In this document: in pieces, positions 10,934-24,608 of the stretch
Layout: the number at the start of each line of letters is the position of its first letter
Position numbering within the stretch: the first letter of the stretch is position 1
DNA from: Chara braunii
Taxonomy: Eukaryota; Plantae; Charophyceae
Assembly (NCBI GenBank): GCA_003427395.1
Contig: BFEA01000035.1
Coordinates: forward strand, 850,453 to 914,452
Direction of reading: 5' to 3'
DNA: 64,000 nucleotides
Program-made: the position numbers and the translations under genes
The notes under the pieces: model-generated
Seen by the model: the letters and a program-made list of their open reading frames with translations, nothing else
Told to the model about the DNA's origin: nothing
The model's database searches: none

Positions 10934-13900
10934 TGTTTGTTTGTTTGTTTGTTTGTTTGTTTGTTTTTTCCCCCGAAACAGAACCTTACGGTTCTGGCTC
11001 CTTTTCCATCCTGGGGAGCATCAGTCCGGTTCCTATTCCCCCGGCAATTCAGAAAAGCTTACAAAATGTACCCACTCACGCTCCTCCCCCTTGTGGCTGG
11101 AAGGCCCGAAAGACGGCATTGAGTGCTTCTGGAGGGAAGGATGTACCATCTTTCACCTCTGCCTAAGTTAGCCTGTTCTACTACTCTGTTATCCTAGCTT
11201 ACTAGTCCGACTGTCTCGCTGTCTTTGAAATAGGTGGCTTATTTGTCTTGGCCCCGTTCAGCCTATTCATGCCAGTACCTTAGCTGTCCCAATATCTCTA
11301 GACGTCAGAACTGTTGATAAGACCCTTTGGTGGAAGCGTATGTTGAGCTCTGATCGCTCTGTGATTTGTCTGATGTGATCTCCACGCCCTAGTAGGTACG
11401 AATATGGAATTGCAGATCTTGTCCTGTTCTGATTCTGGCACTGTGTAGTCTAATCATCTCTCCTCTCTGGATGTAGCTTATTGTAGTTAGTCATTGGTGT
11501 GTGTTTGCAGTATTTAGTAGAGCTTGGATACCTATTTCGTCACTAATCGCTCCTCTCNGGTGTATAGCTGTCGATTTTGCGTGCGTGTCTAGAGCATACT
11601 GCGGCTGTTGATCNCTGTTGGTTTCACTACCTCCCCCAGAACTTNGGGGTTTCTTTTCTCCAGGGTTGTCTGCTGTCTGGGCTTGTGTGTGNTCATACCT
11701 GTCTTCTATCCTAGTTCTGCCTNTTTCCGTCTTTTTACGTATGTTTCTGTGTTTCTCCGGTCTAAAGCCTTAAACCCTCTACGGTNTCTTTCTCTGGGGT
11801 TTTNTAGTCTTCTAGCTTTTATTTTTCGGGTTTGATTGAAGTTAGGCTCCTCCTTCACTTTTATCTGCTATGGGTTTGTCTNGTTTATCTGGCTAGCTAG
11901 GGCAGTGGCGGTGTGTTCTACTGTTTTTTGGTTTTTGCTCTGTTTGCTNTTTTTCTGTCTTCCGTATCCTGTGCTTGGTTAATTAGANTTCGGAAAGGGT
12001 AATCTCTTCTTCCTCTCTACTGTCTAAGGTATTACATGTGTGTTCTTGAGCGATCTGGGAGTCCTCCCATAATGTGAATACTATTTCCTTCCCCTTTTAG
12101 TTTTCCAATCTTTCCGTTGGCCAGTACCAGGTCTTCAAATCTTAGTCTATGCTCTATTGCTTTATCTTCTTCTTTTTCCATTTTTAGTTTAGTTCTTTTC
12201 CATTGTATGCGGTAGTCGGTTTCTATCTGTATTTGGATGAGGGGCCAAGCTTCTCTTGTGTGCATTGGTGTCTTGCCCAGGGTTTCTTGGCACCGTTTTT
12301 TCCATATGTTCCATAAAAGGGCCTTACGTAGGCTCCCACCAAGAATGGATTCGGTGNGGGACCATGAGTCAGGCTNGTCCTGTCCCGTCAGCCAAAACAG
12401 AGGGTCATCTGGGAATGGTTTGTTTNTGACTCTCCGCCAAGTATCTTCGGCCAGCTGCCATAGTTGTTTAACTCTTTGGCAGAGCAGGAAGCNATGGAGA
12501 ATGTCCNCTTTCTTTTCTTCCCTACAGTTGGCACATAGTTCATTCAGGGTGTTTCTATCCTGCATTCTTCGTCTGGGGTTGAGCCATACGTTTGTTGGGA
12601 CCGCGAGATACCAGATTAGCCACTGGAGGCTCCTGAAGCCTGGTGGTCTGAGTGCTGTCAGCTTTCCCCATGGAATGTCCGTGAAGTGTTTGTGATCCAC
12701 TTCTACGTGTTTCCACCATCGTCCGGCTATTACTGTGTCAGCTGGTTCCAACCTTTTCCTCAGTCTGTACCCTAGTCTCGTAGTATAGTCCAGTAGGTTG
12801 GTTCTCCGACTCAGTCGTAGCCTTCCTTGTCTGAGATTCCAGGCCCATTCTGCTGGGTCTACTTCTTATTTTTCTTAGTAAATCTCTTTTTATTGGGGTC
12901 ATTTCTAGGTCCTGTAATGGGGTCAGAGGGTGATAAATGATTAAGGATTCTTGCTCCACTACTCTTATTTTTCTTAGTAAATCTCTTTTTATTACTACTT
13001 GGGATTCTGGCTTGTTTGACAGGTTACAAAAGTCTGTTCCTGGATCTTTTATTTCATGGGACGAGAAGCGAAGCCAATTGGATCTGCCGTCCTCTATGTC
13101 CTCATAGTGAAAGGCTTGGAGTGGTATTTCAGAGTCTTTGAGAACCGCCCATTCACCGGGTTTCCATAGGAAGTCTTTCCGTAGTAACTCGGACCATTCG
13201 TGCGGTATTGAGTCATGTACTGCTTGTAGGTTCCTTGCCAGGTTATGGCAACCCTTTAGTTTCCGTCTTAGTTGTGCTTCTGTCATCCACTCTCTTGATG
13301 TGTCATTCCAGATGTGTTTGATTTGCCATACTCCTTTTTCGAGCCAGTTGCCCCATTTGGTGTCTTTAGAGGTTGGGGTGAAGGGTATCCCTTCTGAATT
13401 GACTATGTCTGGATTGCAGAAGAGGGGTTGCCTTAGTACTTCTTCTTTGTTGGTTGGTCTTCTGACCTTTGCAGGGAAGATTTCCTTCCATGCGTTGTAT
13501 TGTTCCTGCCAGAAAATTAGGCGTGAGTTCAATCTTGAGGTAGACCTCTCTGTTCTTGTTGTTTTCATGGCCCAGGATTTACTCGCTAGCCAGAAGGAAC
13601 CTGACATATTGTCTGGAGAAGTGAAGGCTGGCAGTTGCTTAAATCTTTCTAGGGCTAGCGGTCTCCATGGGAGGCTCGGGGGAGAGATCAGCTTAAGGAT
13701 CCATTTCGCTTGTAAGGCCTTAATTTGTAGTGGAGGATCAATGATTCCTAGACCTCCTTCTTGCTTTTTGGCTGTGACGTGCTGCCAGGCTACTTTGCAG
13801 ATGAAGTTGGTTCTGGTCGGGTTTCCGGTCCACAGGTAGGCCGATGCCTTCCTCTTCAGTAGTTTAAAAGCTTCTTCCTCTGGGGTCCAGAAGGATGCTA

Positions 13901-14243
13901 CGTACCACATCATTGAGAAAACTGAAGTGTTGAGTACTAGCGCTCTTCCGAATAAGGAGGTGTGGACCTTCGTCCAGTCGTCTAGTCTGTCTGTCATTTT
14001 AGCTAGGAGGCTGGCTGCCATGTTGTTCATTGTGCCCTGGTCTGAGACTTGTAAGCCTAGGAAACGCAATGGGTCACTTAGTTCAGCCCACAGTAAGCCC
14101 TCCGGTGTGGAGTGTGGTTTGTCTATTGTTTCTTCTGCTAGCCACCAACCTATCGTCTTTTGCCAGTTGACTTTCATTTCAGATGCTAGCTGGAATGCCT
14201 GCATGGTTCTTGTGAGTGCTTCGAAGGATGAGTTAGAATAATC
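10934..14243 (-). mobile_element. 5'-truncated L1/Tx1-like LINE (ORF2 C-terminal half, 3' UTR, (CAAA)n tail)
   Basis: ORFs 12738-14399 and 12032-12751 contain KVNWQKT, SLFGRALVLN, KKQEGGLGI, QPLFCNP and zf-RVT-like CANC...H.FLLC. The (tttg)n tract at 10934-10963 is the likely tail. Confidence 0.9.
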
Positions 14244-15528
14244 TGTTTCTTTATTGGCTGATTGCTTGAAATTTCCTTGCTTACTTTGGATATGAGGACG
14301 GATGAATGTGTGGCATATGCACCCTTGTGATTCAGGTTGCGGGATGCGACTCGCGGCATTTGCATGGGCACATGCTAGGCTGGCGCGACTTAGGACCATT
14401 CACACACCCCTTTGGACCGAAACATGGTAGGGACTACAGACGCTTACCTCTCCTGAAATTGGAGACACTGCCTGTTTCATTCCAAGGGTTGCGTCCATGG
14501 CAACCCTGAAATTGGAGACCCTGCCTGCTTCAGTCCAAAGGTTGTGCCCATGGTGGTTGTATGCGGGGGGTGGAGTGGCGGGAGGGATACCTGGGTGTTC
14601 AGTACATGGGCTGTTGTGCGGACACTGCTGCTTCTGGCAGGGCGAGGGGGAGGGGGGGGAAGGGGAGGGGGAGTATTTATTCAATAGGGTATGGTGTGTC
14701 GGGGTCTTCTTATACAACTTAGGCTCTAGAACTATCCTTAATTGAGTCTGGGCACTATGGTGTTGCCACCATTAGTAGTAAAGAGGGTGTGGTAGCGTCA
14801 GTTCAGGCCTGTATAGGGCATCCGTGTAGGCTTATAGGGATGTTGGGAGCATGGAGTGGGTGTGGCAGAGAGAGGATTGGAGGCTTATATGAACGTATGA
14901 CACCCCACGGCTGAGTAGGAAGGAAGCATCTTACGATAATGAAGGGCTGAAGCTTCAAGGGTAGTTCCGAGGAGAGGAACCATGTTGGCACTGGATGGAG
15001 TGGAGAGGGGTGTTGGTGTACAGGGAGGAGGGAGGGGCGGTAAATCGCATCAGGTATGTTGCCTGGAGTCTGCTTGATGGAACAGGGGGATGCACCTTGT
15101 AGGGGTAGAGCCAGTCGATCCAGGGGCTGTTTTCTATAACTTTTCTCTTCTTATATCCGCGTGCTCCCGAAACTCTTTCATTACCCTGCTGACTGGTCGT
15201 CCCCGGTGTTCGAGGGCGTCCTAATATGGCTTCGGGGCGGGGGGAGTATTTGTGAGGCTTTGGTAGGCAGGGCTTGCAATAGGAGTTACATAAAATCGAT
15301 GATCGTATCGATTAGAGGTAGAGTGGGTGTATGGTGATGTATCTGGTAACCAAATGGATAAGCTAGCGAAGGGAGCTTCCAAGTCTGAGTCCGACGTCGG
15401 CAACAGCCTCGGTGTCTGAAAGAAGGAATAAAATCGTGGATTGCAGTTGGAGTTACTGGCCTCCATGCTTTGCTCCAATGCGTTGGCCAAATTTTGCGAG
15501 CCTTGATGACAACACATGTTATTTTTAT

Positions 15529-15560
<32 letters not shown>

Positions 15561-17716
15561 CCCCCGAAAGTGCCCTTGCGAAAGCCCTCTATCCCAGCGG
15601 TGGTGAGAGAACTGTCAGAATTGAGGGCTTATTTGTCAGGCTGCTCCATCTATTGGTGGGGAGCGGCACCTGCTGGAAACCGGGCCCAGCGTCCCATTGA
15701 AACATCTTGTGATGCAGTGTTTGCTTGTTTGTTTTCCTAGGGCTGTGGACGTTTCTCTTCTCAACCTGGGGCTCCATTTTCCCCTGGAGCTGCTGATATC
15801 ACCCATCCCATCTTGGAGCACCCTTGTCTAATGAGCCAGCCCTGTTCTGCAGCCCGCCTGTTCGTTGTGGCTATGCGTTGTCCCTTTTACACCCTATTAC
15901 ACCCTAAACCCTCGCTGAACCCATGCATAAAACCCACGCAATCCGTAAAGCCTATCACTGTGATGGCAGCGCATTCTGGACAACCAGGTATGATGGGTGT
16001 TGGATCCAGGCACCACGTACCGTTCTTCTCGGTTTGGACGGGGGCACCTCGGCGGGGTGAGATGAGGGCGCAGAGTACCTGGGCGGGGCGAGATGAGGAT
16101 GCAAAGTACCTGCGCAAATGCAAAGATGAGGGTGCAGAGCACCTGGGCAGGGCGAGCTGGGTCCACATACCATGTTCCATTGCATGGAGGCACAGAGAAC
16201 CTGCACGGGGTGAAATGGGGGCGTAGAGCACCTGGGCGTGGCGAGATGGAGGCAAAGGGGAAGATAAAGAATACTTGGTTGCCATTTTGTTGCTCGCCCC
16301 CATATTTCCAGGGAGGGGGAAGGGGAGGAGTATGGAGAGGGCGACACAGGGATATGGTGACAGATGCCCAATGTTTTTGCTTCGAGCACTAACGACAGTC
16401 GACACAGGGGTATGGTGAGGGTTTTGCATTTGACCTCTCTGGACTCTTTCCCCAAAGAATGTGCTTTGTTTTGCTGCTAGGAATTCTTAATGGACCACTG
16501 GAACATCCCATCCCCGTGCCCCGCGTACATTGAACCCGACGAACACATCATCTCTAAGTGTCCATGACTCCTACCGGAGAGCATTCCCGTCTCTACGTAG
16601 TACATTCACATGCTTTCGCAAGAGCCAGACAAATATGGTCTCGAAGTCCCGCATAGACCTCATCCTGCTATCAGAGGAACTGCAAGAGGCCCTGCAGATA
16701 CCAGAGACAGTCCAACTCAGCCCGCTCCCTGGTTTGGACCATGCAATGTGTGTAGCGATCCTATCGTTTAGGAGAAAACCAGACCAGGGCAAGGGATCCT
16801 AAACACATCCCTGTTGAACCTGGAAAGGTTCAAAGAGTATCATCAGAGACACCTAATCCAGGACGACATACTTTGGGCTATAGCATACCTAAGCCGCAAG
16901 TGTAATGGATATTCTAAACTACTAGCAGCCCAGTGCCATGCAACAGAAACATACATACACCAACGACTGCGACACCTGGAGCAACGGGAAACTGACACTG
17001 CAGATGCAGACTCACTGCAGGAACTCGCCAAAGAAACCCGGGACCTGGAGGACCAACTTTTCACGCACATGGGACGCCGCTGGCGGGGTTGCATGCGTTC
17101 GAGGCAAGCTCAGGCGTCGCCAAATGGAGGGAACAATGAACGCTCAACTATTTGCAATGGCCGAAGTTAGAACTGAGATATCAGTCATAGAGGCCCAACT
17201 GACCCCAAACAACCTCATGGCCCACTCGTTACCTCCAGGACGGAATGCACACAGATAGCCAGAGAATTCTACAAGGAACTCTTCGCCTTTGAATGTGGCC
17301 AAAAACCCGAACACCAAAAAACAAAAGAAACTGAAGACTTCCGTCTTCCACTAAGTCGTTCCCTCACAGAGTAGCAAAATGACCTGCTGGAGCATCCTCT
17401 CACCAAAGACGAGATCTGGACAGCCCTTATGCTGATGGAAGACAAGAAGACCCCGGGCATAGATGGCCTTCCAAAAGAATTCTGGGAAACGTTCTTGGAC
17501 TTCCTCGCGGAGGATGTAATGGACATCTATCACATAGTATGGGCATCCAGGAGGGTTGGAGAATTCACGGGACAGGGTGTGTTGACCCTGCTCTACAAAA
17601 AAAGGGACATGAAAAATACACGGAACTATTGCCCCATCACCCTCCTAACTGTGGTCTACAAGATGGTGGCAAACCGTCGGACAAAAGTCATAGCAGACAT
17701 AATACACCCGGCACAG

Positions 17717-18111
17717 AGGCTCTTGACTGGTCGGCTGCCGACCCGCCGACCGATCAGCTGGTCGGCACCTACCGGTCGGGGGTCGTGGTACCCCGCAAAA
17801 AAAGAAAAAGAAAAAAAAAAACTAAGAACACAACGAACACCCCCATAGCGGCCACCATACACCCCCCAAACCGCCCCCAACACCCTCATTACCCGCCCCA
17901 CACCCCTATACCCCCCTATACCCCCTTGTACTCCAACCCCACCCCCCGGCATACCCCCCCCATCCCCAAAAGTTTCTTTTATTTGGGCTGTACTCAGGAA
18001 GTGCAGTACAGCCCCCAACTCTGATTTGAAAATAAATCAGTGGATGTTTTTTTTTTTTTTCTTCATTTTTTTTCTGACTGGTTGGCAGACTGCCGACCAG
18101 TCGGCCCCCTC
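17717..18111. mobile_element. MITE-like insertion in the LINE RT domain
   Basis: Interrupts IIHPAQ / LHDNILL; imperfect inverted ends gagg...gactggtcggc and gccgaccagtc...cctc. Confidence 0.55.
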
Positions 18112-21100
18112 GGGGTCCGCGATCGGCAGGGATGCAACCCTGCATGATAAAATTTTACTCGTGAACAGGGATGCAACCCTGCATGATAACATTTTACTCG
18201 TGAACAAACTCATAAAGCTGTCTCACCAGTCTAAGGATAATGCAACCTTCTTATTCATAGACTTTGAAAAGACCTATGATCATGTAGACTGGCTTTTTTT
18301 TAGATAAATGCCTGGAGAAATTCACTTTGCCCCTGCGATCGCCGATGGGTAAGGATTCTTTTCTTTTCTTTTATTTATTTATCTATTTATTTATTTAAAG
18401 GGAGCAGCACCTGCTGGAAAACGGTTCCAGCGTCCCTTGACATTCAAAGTGTTTGTTATGGAGATATCTGAGCTCCTATGGGCAAGCCACGAGTCCTTCC
18501 CGCTAATCTTCAAACCCGACACGTTTGCTCACTAAACACCCGATGGGCAGCATTGATTGCCTTCAACTGAGGGGATTAACTGCCCATCCATATCCGAAGT
18601 CATATCCCTACTCTAAATTCCTCATCATCTACCACATGAATCGTAAACCTACCTATGAGGAAGAGAGGTAATCAGCCATAGGGAAGATAGAGAATCAGTT
18701 AACGCTACCCCCCATCGAAACCATCATCCGTTAATCTTTGCCTACTCTGAAGCACGTTATCAGACAGACAAGAGAAAAAGTAAACCAACCGCACCTCGAT
18801 CGATGAACAGGAGGGGTAATCAGTTGAGGCCGCAGTTCATACTAATTCGTCTCCAAAAAAAAGGGCAAATAGAGAAATCATCGCCGAGCAGCCATGTGGC
18901 AATTTACGACATATTCCTGCTTCCTCGCCACCTGCTCGATCGTGTAAACTAAAAAAACGCATAAGGCTTGGGTTACCACCACGCAACCCCACGAGGGCAC
19001 GATAAGACAAAACTTTCACGCGTTGCCTTGTGCGACCCAATCATCCCGAGCAACCCTATCCCACCCTTACTCGCCTGCATCCAACTTCCTGCTTCGCCAC
19101 ACAATCTTTCTGTATCCCAAGCCTTCCCATCACCCACCCCTCACGCCCAAAGCCCTGATCAACCTTCACAAAAGACCAGCGAAGAGAGGAGAAAATGTGA
19201 AAGAAGAGGATACTGCACGCAAACGCCGCAACACGCGTAATGGTCAGTGGCAACCTGACCCCCCCCTATCTCCTTGCAATGTTCGGAATGACAAGGAGAC
19301 CCAATCGCCCCCTGCCTCTTCGTCATCATCATGGAGGCACTGACTGCCAACCTGAGAACACACAAGGACATCAAAAGAATCCAGGTGGCTTCAATCCCAG
19401 AAGAGGCCATCCCGGTCTGCTCGCTGTTCGCAGACCACTGGCCCCTCATGGTGGAGGCAACAAAAGATAACCTTAGATTCTGTGCAGTATCAAATACGAA
19501 GATTAACTGAGGCAACAAAACCCTTGGATTGTGGATCCACCACCACGGGGTTAGACCCCCTGAACTCCCTAGAGTTAAATGGTTACCCGCATAGGCCCCC
19601 ATCCGTATTTTGGGGGTCGCTCTGAGAGCATACGACAAACCAACTACCAACAATGAATGAATATCTCAGCTGGCACTTGCAAAGCTGGCATCATGGAAGA
19701 ACACGCACACATCCCTCCTGGGTCGGGTGCTCGTGATAAATAATGTGGTCCCCGCATCTCTCTGGTATAGATCTGAGATCTGGGCTTTGGATAAAGCCGC
19801 TCTCCGGCCACTCCAGAGGCAAGCAACAACATACTTATGGAGAGGCAATCAAAAAAGCACTAGTGGTACAATGGATCAAGAGACTAATCTTCAATCCACA
19901 TACCCCATGGGCACCCTTGGCAGTAGAGCAAATAATAACGCAATTAGCCCTCGCCACCCCGGCTGACACATACCCAATGACGTGGTTGGAAAATAGGTCA
20001 TGGCCAATCCCACGAGGAAGCACCCACCACCCGGCCCAACCATGTGCATCTGACGCCAGGCAGCGAGGGAGGACATCTAGAGGGACCTGTTCTGGCCCTC
20101 CATTGTATGAATGCCCCTGGCGAGGATGGGTGAAAAGAGGAGTGACCAGGATAGGAAACATATGGGACCAGACGGCCAACGACTGGCACAACCCAGAAGC
20201 CATTCGAACAAGGCTGCGCTATTGCCACCATTCGACCGCAGCGCTAGAAGAAATGCTGGAAATAACCCCCCTAGATTGGATTCGGATCCTGCAAAAAGGC
20301 CCCAACTTGTTGGACAGCGATTGGGTGGCCATCTGAGGGAGGCGTTAATGGGTTGCCAGCGTAGTTCACATACACCTGTGTGGGGAATCCCTACTCAGTC
20401 TATACAGATTGGGGCAGGACAACAAACTACAAAAACCCAAGCCGGTGTCGAGCGCACCGGCCCCCGCACGAGCGAGGGCCCTCCCGACCGCGTCACGCAG
20501 GAGAAACTTAGGCTTTCAACCTTTCAGAGACAACTCGGGGACGACACGGTAACCCGCGTCGACCCTTCGCCGCTCTGGCCGAGTGCGCAAGCTGTACATC
20601 TCGCGGTCCCCTACGACAGGATAGGATCTCGCGGGGCACAACTTACCTTCCCTAAGGGGTTGTCACCACCCTTAGGGGCGTATCCCCGCCGAGCTACCGA
20701 CCCACATGTGAAGGCTTTTATAATGCAATTGCAGAGGTAGGCCGGCCGAGGGCGTTTGCTTGCTCGTTGTAGCATAGGTACGCATGGTTGAACGCCAAAG
20801 TGAGCCCGAACGTCGTCCATCCCTGGGACGCTGATCTCCCAGTAATCAGAACGTACGCCGGTCGACTAGGACGTGATTATTCCAAGCGTACCTAGTCCCT
20901 TCTTTCAAAGACAATGAAGAGTTGAACAAACAAAATGTTTTCAAAAGAAAATTAAGGTCAATGTAAGTTGACTTATCTTCTGAATCAACATATATACAAT
21001 ACACTCATGCATCCGACAAAGGTCGACTTGACTTCAAAACAACGCTTACCAACAAAAGATCAAAGCATGACCTATACACAATGCGACACTCAAATGACGT

Positions 21101-22883
21101 CTGACCAAAATATCTTCACTCTGCCTGCCAAATGGTTGGGCTGTCACGACTTTTTCGACTTGATGAGATGCGTTGCCAAGTTTTTTCATTCCGCCCCATA
21201 CTGACTGCTAACAAGGAATATGGGCGTCCCAAATCTCAAGTAAAGTTAGGATGTCACTGCTTTAATGACGACGTCACTATCTTTCTAACTTTGGTGTGAA
21301 TGTCGTCTGCAAGTAATCCGGCTACTACTATACAAGTCAGCGATCGACTTGAACAATCGAACACTAGATGCCCTATTAAGGTCGAGGATCCGCTTTCAAA
21401 TTTTGTTGGTTGCTTTGTCCTCCTGACCCTCGTTGACCCTACTGAAAAGGGTTGTTCTCGGGCTCTAGCTATCCAAGTCTGGCTCAGTACATCGACCACA
21501 TTGGTCCTGACTTCTTATGGAGAGGCCAACCACGACAAGAGTGCCTAGGCGCGCTCTTCGTTCCAACTAGTAACCATGAACCGAGCTACTATAAAAGGTA
21601 TGCTATGACAGTTCCCCCTAACGCGAGGCGTTAAGAATCTTAAGGCCCTTTTGTGAGTAGGCGCATACCCTTCCCCTAGGAGGTGGTCTGGGATACCCTT
21701 CGTCCTCGCCCGAGCGAACCTCGGATCTCAGAAGTCGGGCTGGTTCCACCACGACAGCATGGTATCCCCCCCGCCTAAGCGGTCCACTCCGAGTCGTTAA
21801 CAGGGTTGACCCCTAAGGCAACGAACCCCCGCCTCAAATGCCTCCTAGGCAAAGGGACGCACTTACCACAACAGACGGTCAACCCTTTATTGTCCGGCGT
21901 CAAGGGCGAATCGAGACGAAGAAGGAGATCAGAAGAGGAAATCATTCAGACAGACGGGCATAGACAGAGAGGGTCATTCGGGAAAGAACGGATATCCTCA
22001 GGAAAAATTTATGTCCAATTGATTTCTTCTCCTTCTTTGTGATCGCTTTATTTATTTATTTATTGTTGTCTTCTCTTTCTTTTGCTTTGACATATACATA
22101 CGAGTACGGAAATGTGAAAACAACCATTCATTCACCATCTCTCAACCATATCCAATCTCATTTCAACAAAACAAACCACACAAAAACCACAACACAATCC
22201 TTTACTGTTGTCTGACTCCCATTCGCACACGCAGACACACATTTTCTCTACCTTTTCTGTGAACATTCAAGGAAACAGGGTCAAGCAAGTGTGGGTCCAC
22301 ACAGGTGTGAAGGGTCTGAGTCAAACTGACCTTGAGTGAAGTTGAAGAGACGGCCCACTCAAGAAGACCGTGTAAAATCACACTCCAGAGAAGACAATTG
22401 TCACAACAAGTCGCCCGCAAAGCGATCCACACCACTCCTTAGAACGCTCGCTTGCCGCGACACCCTCTCGACACACAATCACCTCCCAGTAATCCAATAA
22501 CAGCTTCGCGCCGCCGTCACTCAACCTCAATTTCACTGTGCCACTACGACGTCGCACTCACACCACTTCCAAGCGCACCACCACTTTGCGGTACCTTCCC
22601 TGTGCGAATGCCCAGTCACCGCTTAATATAATCAGTGCAAGAATACTGCTGCCTCCGCCGCAAAAACCGGCAGCACTTCCGCGCTACTACCAGTAAACCC
22701 AGTGTCGTTGCCGCAAAAATTCGACAACGCTTCCACACCACCGCCGTCAGACCGGTGCTATCGCCATAAATTCTCGGCAGCGCTTTCGCGTCACCGCCTG
22801 GAATGCACTACCGCCGCTGTAAAAAAACGGCAGCGCTTCCACATCACCGTCAAAAAGCGTCGCCGCTGCCGTGCTAAACAGAC

Positions 22884-23030
22884 AGAGTCTCCCTTGCACC
22901 GCCTGCTGAAAAATCTGCCGCCGCCGTGCAAAACGGCAGAGTTTCCCTTGCACCGCTTGCTGAAAAATCTGCCACCGTCGTCCAAAACGGGCAGAGTTTC
23001 CCTTGCACCGCTTACCGAAAAACCTGCCAC
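22884..23030 (+). repeat. About 55-bp tandem repeat, 3 units
   Basis: agagt(c/t)tcccttgcaccgc..gctgaaaaatctgcc recurs three times. Confidence 0.85.
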
Positions 23031-23233
23031 GAGCCGCAACACCTCCCACTGGCACCCCGCAGCATGGTGGCTATGGCAGCCTCTCCCTTCCTCTCTCACT
23101 GCAGACCTTCACTCCACTCCCTTTCTCTCTCTTCATCTCAGCACGCCAGCATCATAATGTTGCCCTCCAATCCACATTCAGTCAGAATGTGGGCAGCACC
23201 TCAATTGAGTGAGGATGCTGCTTGCCAGCCCTG

Positions 23234-23241
23234 CTTTTATA
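23234..23241 (-). promoter_or_regulatory. TATA box of the giant LTR-like element
   Basis: TATAAAAG on the minus strand, downstream of an AACGG-rich block and upstream of an AATAAA cluster at 22047-22064. Confidence 0.5.
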
Positions 23242-23689
23242 GCTGGGCTGGAGTGGTGGGCAGCCACTTGAGACTCAGCCAAAAAACAGGGCTGAGCCTG
23301 GCCCTCGATCTAAATTCTGATCGGAAAAAAAAAATAAAAAAAAAAAAATGATTGAGGGCTGGGAACCTTGATGTCCCCTAAGGGAACCAGGTCCCAAGTG
23401 CTACGCATGCACCTGGCTGCCTCTCCAAGCCAAACGCGGTAGCAAATGGCTGAATTCAGCCATTTGCAGCAGCCTGTTAAAAAATGAACAGGTGCAGTCC
23501 CATCAGCCCCTAGAAACTTCTAGGGGCTGCACCGGCCGCGACCAAATTCGCGGCCGTTTCCCCTTTTCCTTCTCCCCCCTTCCTTCCTTTTCCCTTCTTT
23601 CTTTTCTTTTCTTTTTTCTTTACCCCCTCAATTCTCTGTGCAGGGGGCAACTCGCCGTTCGAAAACGAACGGCCGCCCCCTCAGTCTTA

Positions 23690-23740
23690 TCACAGAGTCG
23701 AACTAGAGTCAAGCCCAACAAGGGCTCCTCCCCTCGCTGC
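23690..23740 (-). pseudogene. Short 28S rRNA-derived fragment
   Basis: First 25 nt are identical to 29371-29395 in the 28S pseudogene; corresponds to the conserved ...CCCTGTTGAGCTTGACTCTAGT... segment. Confidence 0.7.
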
Positions 23741-24002
23741 AACAAGCGCCCGTACCCGGCCGTAAGGAGAGCCAGGTTCGGGCGTGCCGTTAACAGCTGC
23801 AGCCCGTTCCAAAACGAACGGGCGCAGTTGAACAGCGCCACAAAACAAATGAGAAGGGGGGGGGGAACTCAACAAAAAAGAAGGAAAAAAAAAGGAAATA
23901 AAAAAACAAAATAAACAGACTGCCGTCACCTTACCAACGCGAACCCACCCGAATGTAGCTGCAAAGCGCAGCAAATACATTCGGGATATGTCCATCCGTG
24001 GA

Positions 24003-24051
24003 CGGACTGTCGGGGCTCAGCCCCCTGATGAGTCGGTGGAAGTCCAGTCTG
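24003..24051 (+). ncRNA. Second hammerhead copy with an 8-nt deletion removing GAAAC
   Basis: cggact-GTC, GGGGC tca GCCCC, CTGATGA, GTCGG tggaagt CC[deleted], agtctg. Aligns with 2723-2783 including the downstream tggcac. Confidence 0.7.
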
Positions 24052-24562
24052 GCACTTCAAGTCTCCCCGTTCGTTTGAAACGAACGGGTATTCCAACCGA
24101 GAAAAGAAGAAAAAAAAATTAGGAAAAAAAGAAAAATCTAAAACACAATATAAGAAAAAGAAAGAAAAATAAACAACAACAAAACCCCCTATCTAACGTG
24201 GCTGCCCGTTTTCAACGGGTGCCTGACACAATACTGGGAACGTTTAAGTGTCTAGTCACTCCGAATCGGGCCAGATGGCGCCCCGTTTTCCTCTACCCTT
24301 TTTTTTTTACCTTTTTTTTTTTCTCTCCCTTTTTTTCCCCAACGACTGCTTCTCGCCGCGCCGTTTCGTCTTAGTGGCCCAAAACAGACAAAACAAAAGA
24401 AAAAGAAAAAAAAAGAAAAGGAAACAACTTACCTCGCGATGTTGCAATCTTTACAAAGCCCGTATCTGGGCGCTTACACGTCCAGATGAGAGGTAGGTGA
24501 TTTTTTTTTTTTTCCTCCCCTTCTCTTTTTTTTTCCTTTTTTTTCAAAAAAAAAAAAGTTCG

Positions 24563-24608
24563 AAACTCGGACCATTCCTCGATTCACGCGTGTCATCCTT
24601 GCGCAGGG
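24563..24608 (-). pseudogene. U6 snRNA 3'-half fragment
   Basis: Minus strand CCCTGCGCAAGGATGACACGCGTGAATCGAGGAATGGTCCGAGTTT matches the plant U6 3' end. The ACAGAGA box and 5' half are absent. Confidence 0.85.

Noticed and set aside
24428-24436. ACTTACCT as a U1 snRNA 5' end
   Set aside because: The match is only 8 nt and downstream sequence is not U1; it is one arm of a local hairpin.
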